Shown here in pieces: positions 1-11,400 of a stretch of 25,874 nt of DNA. The DNA lies in the IMG/VR virus record IMGVR_UViG_3300032250_000124, positions 1 through 25,874 of that record; one strand, 5' to 3'. Numbering within the stretch: the stretch's first letter is position 1; every line of letters begins with the position of its first letter. A program made the translations under genes and the position numbers. This DNA comes from a virus. Lineage: Duplodnaviria; Caudoviricetes. The notes under the pieces were generated by a model. It did not search any database. It saw nothing but the letters and a program-made list of their open reading frames with translations, and was not told where the DNA came from.

Positions 1-303
1 GCGCCAAGGTCTAGCAGATGAGCCTAGATCGCCACCGTTGGCCACACTGGGCAAAACATCCCCACCCACTGTCAAGTTGCTGGAGACAGTGACAGCTTGA
101 TCAATCACGATAGCTGAACTATCAGTGGTACTCAGTGTGCTGCCCACAAATTCAAATGCTCCTAGATTTAAAGGAGCAACATCTAGTCCCAGTGCTGTGT
201 ACAGCTCAGTGAAGTTGGCATTGATCTTTTGGAACGCTGCCCGTAGACTGTCCCCTCTGTTGTCGTTGGGTGATGTTCCTACGTTAATTGATTGTTTTGT
301 CAT
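1..303 (-). CDS. Virion structural protein (fibre/baseplate type) with gp9/gp10-like N-terminal motif; 3' end runs off the window
   Basis: Not in the ORF track; hand-translated from ATG at 303: MTKQSINVGTSPNDNRGDSLRAAFQKINANFTELY...GDVLPSVANGGDLGSSARPWR, open to position 1. GGAG RBS at 310-313. Same N-terminal motif as the 811-aa and 2446-aa ORFs. Confidence 0.8.
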   Translation of the reverse strand, partial: MTKQSINVGTSPNDNRGDSLRAAFQKINANFTELYTALGLDVAPLNLGAFEFVGSTLSTTDSSAIVIDQAVTVSSNLTVGGDVLPSVANGGDLGSSARPWR

Positions 304-314
304 TCTGCGCTCCG

Positions 315-3002
315 TTATAATGTTCGTTTAATTCTAGGTCTAGGATAAACCGATCCTGTTGAGGGTCTTGGTTTATAATTGATTTTCGGAAATACATTGC
401 CACTAGATTCTCTTTCTTTTTTGTAATACAAATATAGGTTAGGTGCACCTTGTAGATCTTGACCATCAGTAGGACCGCCTGAAGTTGCTACAAGTTGACC
501 TGTCTTAGCAATAGAAGTAATATAAGCCTTGGCTCTTTCTTGATTCATATCTGGATAAACTTCCAACGCACAGGCCAGTACACCGCATACCTGCGGACTG
601 GCCATTGATGTACCGCTATACTTTCCAATGTAATAACTGCTGTTTCTAGGATCAGCAGTACCACTAGGCAATGCACTCACAATGTATGTACCTGGTGCAA
701 AAAGATCAACTCCTGCACCACAATCACTATACAATACCTTTTGGTCAATTTGAATAGTATCTACCGAACCTACACATATTGCTGGAAGGTCGTGTGTGCC
801 GTAAGTTAGTGTGTCATTGGCTGTAGGACTTGTTCCTCGATGAGTATAGTATGGCTGTAAGACGCTGGCAGGATATCTAGTAGCCATTTCAAATGTATTA
901 TTCCAATCAACTCCACCCGGGACATCGTGTTTCCAACGGCCATTACCCGCAGCACCGACCATAATAATACCTTCGTCGTAAAGATCTTCGATATCATCGT
1001 CACAGGCAGATACTCTTAGGGGAATACGTTGACCGCTAATGAATCCCCAATCGTTAAGTTGTTGGGTAGTAAATCCACCGCCCGTAGTTTTAGAACTATT
1101 AACACCTACCTGAAGATCTATTTGGCTAGGAGCATTTTCGTAGAACGTCCACTCACATACCATTGAGGGACTGCCTACAGAACCTGAGGTAGTTGATGTT
1201 CCTTCTTGTCTTACTCTAAATGTTCTATTGGGACTAACACCTTCAGTTCCGTAGTATATTCTTTGTACTGAATTATCTTTAGCACACCACATGATTTTAG
1301 GCAATGCCGGATTAGTAATGCTAACGCCACTCCACACAGTCGATCCACCACCAAACGTTAGATAAAAGTTTGTACTAGGATATATTGTATTGTGTGTGGT
1401 ACCTAAATATGTAATAGGAAACGGTAAAGACAGTGTCCAATAGCCGTCATCGTTGCTGCCTACTGTAGGAGTAGTTGACGCTGTTAGACTTGCGGCCCCT
1501 AACAAGCTGTTTGTGATACTGCTGACAGTAGCAGCTTCACTGCCGCTAGGTGTTTGTGTAATTGTACACAACATGGCAAATGCTGTTAATGGATTACTGA
1601 CCTGACTGATGTCTAATGCTGTTGTATAGGTAATTGTATATGCGCCAGTAGTTGGCAGTATTACATCTTCGTCAATGACAGCACTAACATCGCCACCTTC
1701 GATTGATACGAATGGTCCTTGACTAAATGATGTTATTACAGAGTTATCACTTTGTCTAACAATCTGTATACCCATAGACAAACTAGTCTGTCCAGTTTGA
1801 CCGCCCGATGCAACATCATTTTTAACTCTTATCGAAGTGTTATTACCTGTAGTAGTTAACGTTATTGAATAGGTTGAGTCCGGAGGTGCTATTCCTAGTA
1901 GATATGCTGATTGATTTGATTCTAGTGTCCACGATGCAGGTTTTGTATTAATAACGCCGCCAGTAGCACCTACTGGGCCCGAAGTGATTATTCTATTACC
2001 AAAATTTTCTAAGCCTGCTAAATTTGCCAATCTGGTTGAACTGGTGCAAACACCGCTGGTTCCAAGAAAGGTAGTAGCACCGCCTGGAGTATATCTTGTT
2101 CCTCTATAAGTTACTGCGGTAATATCAGTGAAACTCCATTCACTAGGAAACACACTCATACCCCAACTGTTGTTTACAATTGTGGGATTCTTTCTACCAG
2201 TTGCTGTATTAACTGTTTTGTTTCTATGAAAAGCTCGTACGTAATCAAATACCAAACTAAAATTGCCAGTATTTCCAGTATCATAATATAAACTATAGAT
2301 TGTGGAGTCGCGAGCCCATCCTTGTGTATTGCCTGCCACGGTGCCTGCTACGTGCATGCCGTGAGGATCAAGCAGACCTAGATTGTATGTGCCCACAGCA
2401 CCACCAGTTACTTCCGGATTATGTTGAAACCAGTTGTAGTTTACAACTCTTGATCCCCCAGTTCCGTCTGCATTTACAGCAAACTCAGGATGAGCTTGTG
2501 TTGGAAGACCAGTGTCGCAAATTACAACATCAACATTGCGACCAGTTTGAGTCAATTCAATTGTGCCAGTCTGAGCAGCAGTTCCGGAGCCGTTGCCTTG
2601 ATAGCCAGTGCCGCCCCATCCTGTTCTCTGAGAACCTTCAGTACATCTTAACAAGCCCCAGTTCTTCATTGATGAAGACGTGCCGCTTGATTTATCCCAA
2701 GCAGAACTAGTCTGTGTAGTTGCATTAGTACCTGCTTTAATGCCAAGTTCATCTGGATGTATAGTGACTGCCTTTACTCTAGTATCATTTTTTAATTGAG
2801 CTGCTTCCCAATCAGTCAATCTATAAACAGTATTTCTGCTCATAGGTCTACGTTCTAGACATTGTACGTCACGATGAATTTCTGTATCGAACGGTGCCTT
2901 TCCTGAAGTTTCTAATTCTTCATAGATAGTATCGAGGTCATCGTAGTTGTACACTGTGACAATATACTTTCTAGTCTGTATGTAAGACAGCATTTCTGAC
3001 AT
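315..3002 (-). CDS. Subtilisin-like serine protease (peptidase S8) with large internal insertion, probably virion-associated
   Basis: Catalytic motifs in order: VVICDTG (Asp163), PHGMHVAGTVAG (His214), NNSWG, AAGNG (oxyanion Asn), GTSMASPQV (Ser). The N-terminal ~90 aa look like a propeptide. It lies among structural genes. Confidence 0.92.
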   Translation of the reverse strand: MSEMLSYIQTRKYIVTVYNYDDLDTIYEELETSGKAPFDTEIHRDVQCLERRPMSRNTVYRLTDWEAAQLKNDTRVKAVTIHPDELGIKAGTNATTQTSSAWDKSSGTSSSMKNWGLLRCTEGSQRTGWGGTGYQGNGSGTAAQTGTIELTQTGRNVDVVICDTGLPTQAHPEFAVNADGTGGSRVVNYNWFQHNPEVTGGAVGTYNLGLLDPHGMHVAGTVAGNTQGWARDSTIYSLYYDTGNTGNFSLVFDYVRAFHRNKTVNTATGRKNPTIVNNSWGMSVFPSEWSFTDITAVTYRGTRYTPGGATTFLGTSGVCTSSTRLANLAGLENFGNRIITSGPVGATGGVINTKPASWTLESNQSAYLLGIAPPDSTYSITLTTTGNNTSIRVKNDVASGGQTGQTSLSMGIQIVRQSDNSVITSFSQGPFVSIEGGDVSAVIDEDVILPTTGAYTITYTTALDISQVSNPLTAFAMLCTITQTPSGSEAATVSSITNSLLGAASLTASTTPTVGSNDDGYWTLSLPFPITYLGTTHNTIYPSTNFYLTFGGGSTVWSGVSITNPALPKIMWCAKDNSVQRIYYGTEGVSPNRTFRVRQEGTSTTSGSVGSPSMVCEWTFYENAPSQIDLQVGVNSSKTTGGGFTTQQLNDWGFISGQRIPLRVSACDDDIEDLYDEGIIMVGAAGNGRWKHDVPGGVDWNNTFEMATRYPASVLQPYYTHRGTSPTANDTLTYGTHDLPAICVGSVDTIQIDQKVLYSDCGAGVDLFAPGTYIVSALPSGTADPRNSSYYIGKYSGTSMASPQVCGVLACALEVYPDMNQERAKAYITSIAKTGQLVATSGGPTDGQDLQGAPNLYLYYKKERESSGNVFPKINYKPRPSTGSVYPRPRIKRTL

Positions 3003-3003
3003 A

Positions 3004-5439
3004 TTATGCCTCTAACTGTACAGCAGTTAGTGTAACAGTGATAGTAGTTGTTCCGCCACTCTTATTAGTCACTGCTAACTGTATGTTTGTATTCGGACTT
3101 GATTCATTACTGAATCCCAATGCGCCTGGACTAATTAAAATAGTCTGTGCGCCTGTTGTAATAACTTCAGCTACTACACCAGAACCCGGAGTTGGATCAG
3201 CACCTTCTACTCTACTTGCATCTGCTGTTCTACTAGCAATGTCTGTATAAATTCTTACCCATGCGGCAGCTGATGTTTGAATCTTGTAAAGCATATAACC
3301 TTTATAACCAGTGATGGTTAAATTGCCAGTTGCTGCATTGGCTAGACTTCCTGTTGTTCCAGCAATAGCCGCTCTTGATGCTAGCGTACCACCACCGCCA
3401 CCTGCTACTGTTCCTGGCAACCATTTGCTACTTGCTGAACTCCATACTAATGCCTGTCCTTCGCTAGGAGCCGATGACGTTGTATCAACATCACTAAGTG
3501 CATCGATGCTGGTTGCAGAGTATGCTGCGGGTATAGAAGGTTTATTGGTTAAGTCTGCATAGCTGCCACTAGTGGCTACAGTAGCCAATGTTGGACCAGT
3601 AATAGTGACCTTACCTTCGCCGTCTGTGGTTGTTGTAATTCCGCCTGCACCTGCAAAGCGTAGGGTCTCTCCAGAGAATATTGTTCTCATAGTAGAGTCA
3701 TCGCCAGCTACGCTAAATTCATAGTAGCTGGTTCCACCACCAGCGCCACCTGATGGAACTGGTCCCCATGTGATTTCGTATGTGGTAGGATTGTAGTATA
3801 CAGTTTGCGGTCCAGTGACTTCTCTAATTGGTCTTACATAGAAACCAGCTGCTGCACCGTTGAGTGCAGCACCACTGGCATTTAACACAATACTATTTGC
3901 AGCTTGGCTAACGTTGCCTGCACTCTCACCGATTGCAATAGCGTTAGCACCTTGACCTGTTGCTCCCGCTAACGAACCGATAGCTATTGCTCTAGCACCC
4001 TGATTACTAAATCCAGCCTCGCCAATAGCAATTGCATACAGTCCTTGATTAGCATTTCCAGCATTGAATCCAACAGCCACTGCACGTTGCGCTTGATTTA
4101 TTTCGCCACTATATTTTCCTATTGCTACGGCTACATCGCCTTGATTTGTTGCTCCGGCATCTGTACCTAGTGCTATCTTTTCTTCACTAGTTCTCAAACT
4201 GGATGTCGCAACCGGACCAACTACTGTACCTGTAGCACCGTTAATAACCATGGTTGATGCATCGGAGAATACAGAACCTTTGAGGTAGGTCACATCAAAT
4301 GTGATGCTGTCGCTGACTGCATTGGTTGTTAACTGTATGCCTTCTCCAGCTACAAGCACTAGAGTATCGGTGGTGTTATCAGCCAGTACAGATGATTGTC
4401 CGCTTACTGCAACGGAAGTAAATCCAAATCTTGTGTTAGTGACAATTACAGTACCAGTACTTTGGTTAACACTAATTCCGTCGCCTGCTGATATAGCAGT
4501 AACACCTGTGTTTGATAGTGTTATAGATCCAGTTGCTGCACTTGCGTTTAGCCCGACCCCAGAAACAGCAACACTAGTCACTCCAGAGTTGGTAAATGTT
4601 ATACTATCGGCTGAGGCATTAGTTGTTATACTAACACCAGTGCCGTTGACAAATGTTATTGTATCTGATGTACTATCGGCAACTACGTTTGACTGACCGC
4701 TAACTGCAAATGTTTGGAAAATATTTTGTGGAACACTAGGTGCTGAGTTTGTAATACGAACAGTTCCAGGCACGCTAGTATCTAAAGATATACCTGATCC
4801 TGGGTCTGTAATGATACTGACAATACCAGTGTTGGCAATAGTAATATTGCCAGTTGCACCGCTAACACTTATACCGTAGCCTGCAATAGTTGATAATACG
4901 CCAGCATTTGATATTGTGACATTGCCACTAGCACCACTAACTGCAATACCAGAACCAGCGACATTAGTTAATACCCCACTATTCGCAATAGTCAGTGTAT
5001 CGGTACTAGCATTGGTAGTTAACGAAATACCACTGTTGGCTGCAAATGTTAATATATCAGTTCCAGTATCTGCAACAATGTTAGACTGACCTGACACAGC
5101 AATAGTTTTAAAATAACTTTCGTCGAGTGCTAAATTGCCAATAGTTGATCCTGCGGGAAGATTAACTGCACCGTATTGTGAAGTAATAACAGCTGACCCT
5201 AGATGTATTGAACTACCGCTTAGATAAATGTCTCTCCATCGTTTGGTCGGGCTTCCTAAATCGTAAGTTTCGTTTGTGCCTGGACTAACATTGGTGTTTA
5301 ATTCTGTTAAATCAACAGCACCACCCCCTCCGATACTTAAATACAGTTCTGTAAAGTTGTCATTTATTTTATTAAATGCTTCATCGACTGTACTCCACAG
5401 TATCGGAGCCGAGCCTGAATTTATTGTTTGTCTAGACAT
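3004..5439 (-). CDS. Tail-fibre-like structural protein with tandem repeats
   Basis: N-terminal AFNKINDNFTELY motif; YDLGSPTKRWRDIYLSG motif; G/S/T-rich ~25-aa and ~45-aa repeats; AIAIG-type adhesin-head-like repeats; LSDVD motif; start overlaps the upstream stop (TAATG at 5437-5441). Confidence 0.8.
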   Translation of the reverse strand: MSRQTINSGSAPILWSTVDEAFNKINDNFTELYLSIGGGGAVDLTELNTNVSPGTNETYDLGSPTKRWRDIYLSGSSIHLGSAVITSQYGAVNLPAGSTIGNLALDESYFKTIAVSGQSNIVADTGTDILTFAANSGISLTTNASTDTLTIANSGVLTNVAGSGIAVSGASGNVTISNAGVLSTIAGYGISVSGATGNITIANTGIVSIITDPGSGISLDTSVPGTVRITNSAPSVPQNIFQTFAVSGQSNVVADSTSDTITFVNGTGVSITTNASADSITFTNSGVTSVAVSGVGLNASAATGSITLSNTGVTAISAGDGISVNQSTGTVIVTNTRFGFTSVAVSGQSSVLADNTTDTLVLVAGEGIQLTTNAVSDSITFDVTYLKGSVFSDASTMVINGATGTVVGPVATSSLRTSEEKIALGTDAGATNQGDVAVAIGKYSGEINQAQRAVAVGFNAGNANQGLYAIAIGEAGFSNQGARAIAIGSLAGATGQGANAIAIGESAGNVSQAANSIVLNASGAALNGAAAGFYVRPIREVTGPQTVYYNPTTYEITWGPVPSGGAGGGTSYYEFSVAGDDSTMRTIFSGETLRFAGAGGITTTTDGEGKVTITGPTLATVATSGSYADLTNKPSIPAAYSATSIDALSDVDTTSSAPSEGQALVWSSASSKWLPGTVAGGGGGTLASRAAIAGTTGSLANAATGNLTITGYKGYMLYKIQTSAAAWVRIYTDIASRTADASRVEGADPTPGSGVVAEVITTGAQTILISPGALGFSNESSPNTNIQLAVTNKSGGTTTITVTLTAVQLEA
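3890..4180 (-). repeat. About six ~16-aa AxAIG repeats (YadA/Hep-Hag head-like beta-roll) within the 811-aa protein
   Basis: KIALGTDAGATNQGD / AVAIGKYSGEINQAQ / AVAVGFNAGNANQGL / AIAIGEAGFSNQGA / AIAIGSLAGATGQGA / AIAIGESAGNVSQAA. Boundaries approximate. Confidence 0.75.
4300..5115 (-). repeat. Nested protein-level repeats: three ~45-aa F..(I/F/V)AVSGQS.V.AD...D..T units separated by runs of ~25-aa GV....AG.GI.V....G.VTI.N units
   Basis: FKTIAVSGQSNIVAD, FQTFAVSGQSNVVAD, FTSVAVSGQSSVLAD; interspersed GVLTNVAGSGIAVSGASGNVTISNA, GVLSTIAGYGISVSGATGNITIANT, GVTAISAGDGISVNQSTGTVIVTN etc. Boundaries approximate. Confidence 0.8.
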
Positions 5440-8400
5440 TATGTTCTTCCTACGGCAACTTCGATAGTGCCAATGTGATCTGAATTGTAATCTGCCAATG
5501 CTTTGCCAATGACTGTACCAGTCTTAGCAGTTCCGCCTGCTGATATTCCAACCCCTGGGATATTTGATGTTACTATTAAATCGCCTTTGCTGATTTTCCC
5601 TACTACTCTACAAGGTACGCGACCTTGCAAAGCTATTAGATTTTTTACACCACTGCATTGATCGTTCATAATGTAGCCAGCAGTGTTGCTAACTACTCCA
5701 GCGACCCTGTGATCTCCGTATGTTGATGAAGCAGTGACTTCTTTGTTTCCGCCAAATACTAGTACAGTTCCGACTTCGTATTCTCGATCACCCTCGTAGT
5801 ATTCGGCCAAGTCTGCATAGGTAGCTGTTAATCTACTACCAGAACTTAGTCCCCATAGTCCGGTTATAGTTCCGCTGGTTCCAACAGCTCCTGTTGTAAT
5901 AACTGGAGTAGTAATTGAACCTACAGTTATCGGAGCATTACTCAAACCGTTGTATGTTCTAAAGGTATGCGAATCGTTATCGTAGAATGTTCGCTTGTCT
6001 GTACCAACAGATCCATCACCAATTAATATACCAACGTTATTTGAAAATCCATACAGTTGAGTATATCCACCTGTTGCAGTTGTAGTGGTATCAAGGATTG
6101 TTTTTGTATCAACAATGAGCTTTTCCATGCTGATAAATCTACCAGCAAAGTCTCCGTTAACATCACGCTTAACCAATGTGCTGGCAGTGGCAGCAGTTGC
6201 CTCATCTACAATAGCATAGTCGGTATCATTAGTAGAAGTAAAACCAATTCTTCTTAAATATCCAGTTCCGCCATTGTACTGTGTTTTCTTAATACCGCCA
6301 CCGTCATTGACTACAGTACTAAATGCCACCGCTGATACATTACCAGTCACTAGTGTTGAATTACCTAAAACTGTTTTAGTTGCAATCTGTGGGAGGTCTG
6401 ATAAATTAATACCGTTATCTTTTAGTGTGACCCAGCCGTCCGTGACGTCAAATTGCGCACTATCAAAACTAGATATACCTTTTTCTGCTTGTGTTATTCC
6501 GGTAGCATTTGCTCTAGTTGTAGAAGATGACAATAACAATTTGCTTTGAACAATAGCAGCAGAAGCATTAACATCAGTGTTAGTAATAACTCCTGGATTG
6601 ATCTGAGCATCAACAGTGTTGGCTGTAGAGTCTATGCTAAGACTGATATCACCTACCATTCTAGAGTTTTGTGCAAAATCACCGGCTCCGGTAAACGTTA
6701 AGATGTCAGCACTTCTAGGATCAGTAATTGTGATATCTGATAAATTGTTAAAAGTTAAACTTTGATAGTTAACTGCATCAGTAGGATTAACGGGATCTGC
6801 TAAATTAAAAATTTTAAAATTACCTAGATCCATATCAGACTTCATAGCTAACTGGCCGTCGAGAGCCATATAGCCGCCACTGAATGCTGGTATTAATGTA
6901 CCCAATGGTAATACAGCACCAGTATGGCTGATTCCTAGTCTGCGTTCAATATATCCTCTTGTGGCATTTTCTGTTGGAACAGTATCAGTAGCGTTATCGC
7001 TGAATGAACTATCAGTTGAAAATTCACTTACAGGAACACCTCGTTTGAAACCAATACCATCTAGGTTTGACAGAGCAATTGATGCTGCAAAGGTCACACT
7101 ACCTGTACCTTGGTCAACACGGAAGTATGGACCAACAGAGAAATTACCAAATTGATCAGTAGTCACATAGAACACTCGTCCTACGCTACGTTCTTGAGTT
7201 TCTGAATCCGGATCTAGCGCATTAACCGCAGGACCATAAATTTCGTTTGGATAATTTGTATCAGCATATGAACCAGTACCAATTTCTAATAGATCATGTG
7301 ATGTCACACGAGTTAGAGAAATTCTAATTGTAAGTGTGCCAGGTTCGTTTTTTGGTACCGCAGACTTGATAGTCGGAGTACTTGTAAAATAAATTAGTGA
7401 ATCTGATAACGCAGGACTTACAGTTATTAATCCGTAATTGTCGCCGGTGATTGTTTCATTTTGATAGGCCTGTACAGTATACTCTACACCTTTGAATACA
7501 ATCTTAGTACCAAGTAATCGATTCTCTTCTTGACCGCTAATTGGTACAACTGCAAATGTACTGTCGCCTGCACGACCTACAACCTTCCCTACACGATGCA
7601 CTCCACTTTGTGAACCGGTAGTTTCGAGTGCAGTTGATGAACTAGTTGCTACGTCAGTTATTGTGAATGTGTCTACATCTAATACAGTTTTAACAAAGTA
7701 CATTCTAGTAACTGATATTCCACCAGGTAAAGAACCAGATGTAGTAAATCTAATAACATTGCCGGCAGTAAATCCGTGCCCAGCTAATGTAATTACAGCT
7801 GGATCAGCAATGGAAATTGTACAAACGCTTGAGGTTGTGACAAATGGTTGTTGTGGATATATTGATAGATCGATGTAGTTGTAATTTTCTCTAAGTGTTG
7901 TCTGAGCAAGCCCGAACACGGTATAAGAATGTGTTCCGCTTTGACTGCCACTGGCATTGATAGCGGTACCACGTTTAGTAGAAGCCAATCTAAAACTATT
8001 TGCAGTAAAGCCATCAGATTGTACATAATAAATTTCACCAGCTACAAACCCCGTTGGCAACGCACCTGTTGTGGCAAGAATAATTTGATAACCTGGTTGA
8101 AGGCCATGTGATGCTCTAGTTATAATTCCAGGAGTACCTAACGCAATAGTAATAGTTCTAGAACCTACAAAGTCAGAGTATGCTTCAAACTGCAATACTC
8201 GATAGACTTCTGGAGACTCAGCAAGTACTAGACCAGTACTTGGTCGAACAGCAACGTCTACAGCATTACCAGTTAGTACCACTGTGGAGTTTTGTCTAAT
8301 TGTTAATATTTGTCCATCGGTAATAACTGCTGCAAGTCCGTCAACGCCTGCACCTTCTGAGCTTCTTAAACTTAATCTTGCTACGCCGGCAGGTAAAGAA

Positions 8401-11400
8401 CTGTCAGTTGACACTCCAGTAATTGGGTATCTAAACATAGTGCCAAGACCGTGATCGACTTCTAATTCTGAATTTGGAGAAGGAGGATATGTGTAGTTAG
8501 TAACATATACTGATAGTCCGCCTACAGTATTAGCATACGATCCTGAAGGGAAATAACATTCTGCTCCTTGAGCAAGATCGTAATACAATGAAACAGGAGT
8601 AGGTACCTCTAATGGATCTGACCCTTCAGCAACCAACGCAAAATTACCGTGAGCACTTGAACCGCCCACAGAACGAATTTGTCCACCGCCAATTGAGTAA
8701 TAGGAAATATGGCAGTAGTAAGTGAACATACTTACACACTCTGCCAAACCACCGTTGTTAACAACAATACCATAACCTAGGTCGTTGATCTGTGTGTAGT
8801 CGTTGGACAACATTGATCTATTGCCAGGCATTAGTACTTCGTAGGCATTGGCGTTTTCATTAACAAAATCTATTACACCTTCTTGTATAACAGTTTTATT
8901 TGTGTTAATTAATGTACGTGCAGCTATGGAAGAAGCTGAATATGCGTATGTACTTAAATTTGGCAACACCGCAGCAGCCGCAGAGCTTACTCCACCGCTA
9001 ACAATAGCTGCAACATTAGTCAATAATGTTTCGATTTCGTTTTGAATGGCAGCGTCACTAGCAGTTCCTGAGATCCTTGGTGTGGATGTGTATGTGGTAG
9101 TGGGTGCTAGGTCAACAATTACCTGTTTAGCCAAATACTTGGCATAGTTGATACCAGCGGCAGTCGCTGTCTGTATTGGTGCAGGTATTTGTAGCTCTAC
9201 AGCATCACCGACGCCGTCCCAGTATTTTAAACCTACCTTTCTAGTCTCACTATTACCGCCGTAGATAATATCATATACTAATGATTCTATAGCATATACT
9301 ACGTCTCTTGGGAAGTCTGGAAAAGTCAGCGACGGGTATGTAGCGGCCAAATATCCTACTGCTTCATCTTTGATAAAATCAAAATTTGCCTGTAGTAATG
9401 TGCTGGCATTTACTCTGTTAGATGCTAGCCCCGGAGGATTGGTAAACGATAAAGAAGCTGCAAACGTACTGCCATTTCTAACAATATTGCTAATATTATC
9501 TTTACTAGTTTCGACAATCGTTTGTGCAGTAGGATATGACGTCAAATAATTAGATGCCAGCGTATGCGCCTCTTCGATTGCTCGTACAGTTAGATCTAAT
9601 TGATCTTCGATTACTACACTTGCTGCTGCCAGTCTATAGGTTAATCCAGATCTTCTAGAATGATAATTAGTACCAAAGACGATATCATAACCAACCCCAT
9701 CTAAAATTAATCCAACATCTCTATAACAGATAGATTCATTGTATACAAATAAATCATAAGGCCAGGGTGTTGTTTCATCTAATATAAATGAGGCTGTAGA
9801 TCCTGCGGTACTGAATGTGTAATCTCTAACATAGTTAATTCTATATACAGTATCTTCAACAATAAACGATGCTGGTAGTTGAGGCATACGTTTAAGTTCA
9901 CCTACACGCAGGAACGTGTTGCTGTCTTTACTTAAGATTTTGAATTTTAAGTTTCCAGTAAATCCGTCAATATACTGACCGCCTGCAAATGTCTGTCTAC
10001 CTGTTCCCTTTGAGAACGAAGCACACTCTTGTGCATAGGGAGATTTAGCAAGGATTTGTCCTTCTGGATCAAGCACCATGGCAAATCCACCATGGCCTTG
10101 GAATGTAATAGCTTGAATACGAACAGCGTCATTACATAAAGTGACGTCCATCTGATCGTTGTCTTTCGGATAGTTAACACTTCCTGAGTTGTCAATAACA
10201 TCAATAACAGTATTGATTAGTTCGCCTACTACGCCACCGATACTGATAGCATTACCGCCGGTTGTATATGTTCCGTAGGTAGCTCCGTTAATTGGAATTG
10301 TTCTTGCAGAATCTTGGTAGATGTAAAATGATGTTGAATTCACAACTTGAACATAATAATCATTACCGTTGATTTCAGTAGCACCGCCTACTTCACTAAT
10401 TAAAATTTGATTACCAGTGGTTAATCCGTGAGCGGTAGCGGTAGTAATTGCAATTGGGCTAGCATTAGTGACACCAGTAATATTAAACGATGTTCCAGTA
10501 GTACCAACTTCAGCAATATATGCACCGTCAACAATTTGAGGATATGCATCTTGATAGAGTTCTTGGATTTCTACATTTCGAATAACCAGTTGAGCAAGGG
10601 TACCTAATCTTCTAATAGCAGCGATAGTCTGTGATAGCTGAGCACCAATTGCAATGAGTCCGCTAGCATTTCCATAATACTTGAGTGCTGATGATACAGT
10701 TCTATCTGACCCTCCCCACTTTAAGTCAAAGATCATGGAATCAATTATGAGACCTACGTCTCTTTCACAAGTATTGCTATTGTAAAGGAATGAAGCAGTG
10801 AACGGAGAAATTTCATTTACCACTTGATCAGCGATCCATCCCACAACTTCTTTTTGTATAAAGCTGCGATTTAATTGTAAAAGTTGTGCAGCTGATCTAT
10901 AATAACCTCTGTTATTAACTAGCGGATAAACAGGCTGAGCAGTATCTTGTAGATAGTGATAACCGAATAGTCTATCAGTTAGTGATAATAAGTCAGTACC
11001 AGCTACACCAACAGTTAGGTCTCTTCTAAAGTGCAAGAAGGCCCAAGGGCTTGAACTTATGCCAGGCTTTGGTCTAATAATGCAACGTCTAAATTCGTCG
11101 CCAATAATAGATACGTTATTAGGAATTCGTAAAGGTAAATTTTCTTCGTATATCCCACTTTCTACTAAAATACTGATTTGAATGTTTTTTGTGACATCGC
11201 CATAGGATATTATTTCGCCAATTTCAAACGTTCCGTATTTTAAATCTACATCAAAAATCTCGTTGCCATTACTATCTAATGCACCCTGATGAGATAGAAT
11301 CTGCGCTAACGCACCAGATGATTCTCCTCGAAGATATAGACCTTCTCGGATATCTCTGCTTCTAATTGCATTTGGAGTCGAAGTAAGAACGTCGCCAGTG

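Noticed and set aside
1080-2080. Intein as an explanation for the protease insertion
   Set aside because: No Cys/Ser-start block A, no His-Asn end and no LAGLIDADG motif.
4300-5115. CRISPR array or DNA tandem repeat
   Set aside because: The periodicity is at protein level with diverged codons; there are no identical nucleotide repeats with spacers.
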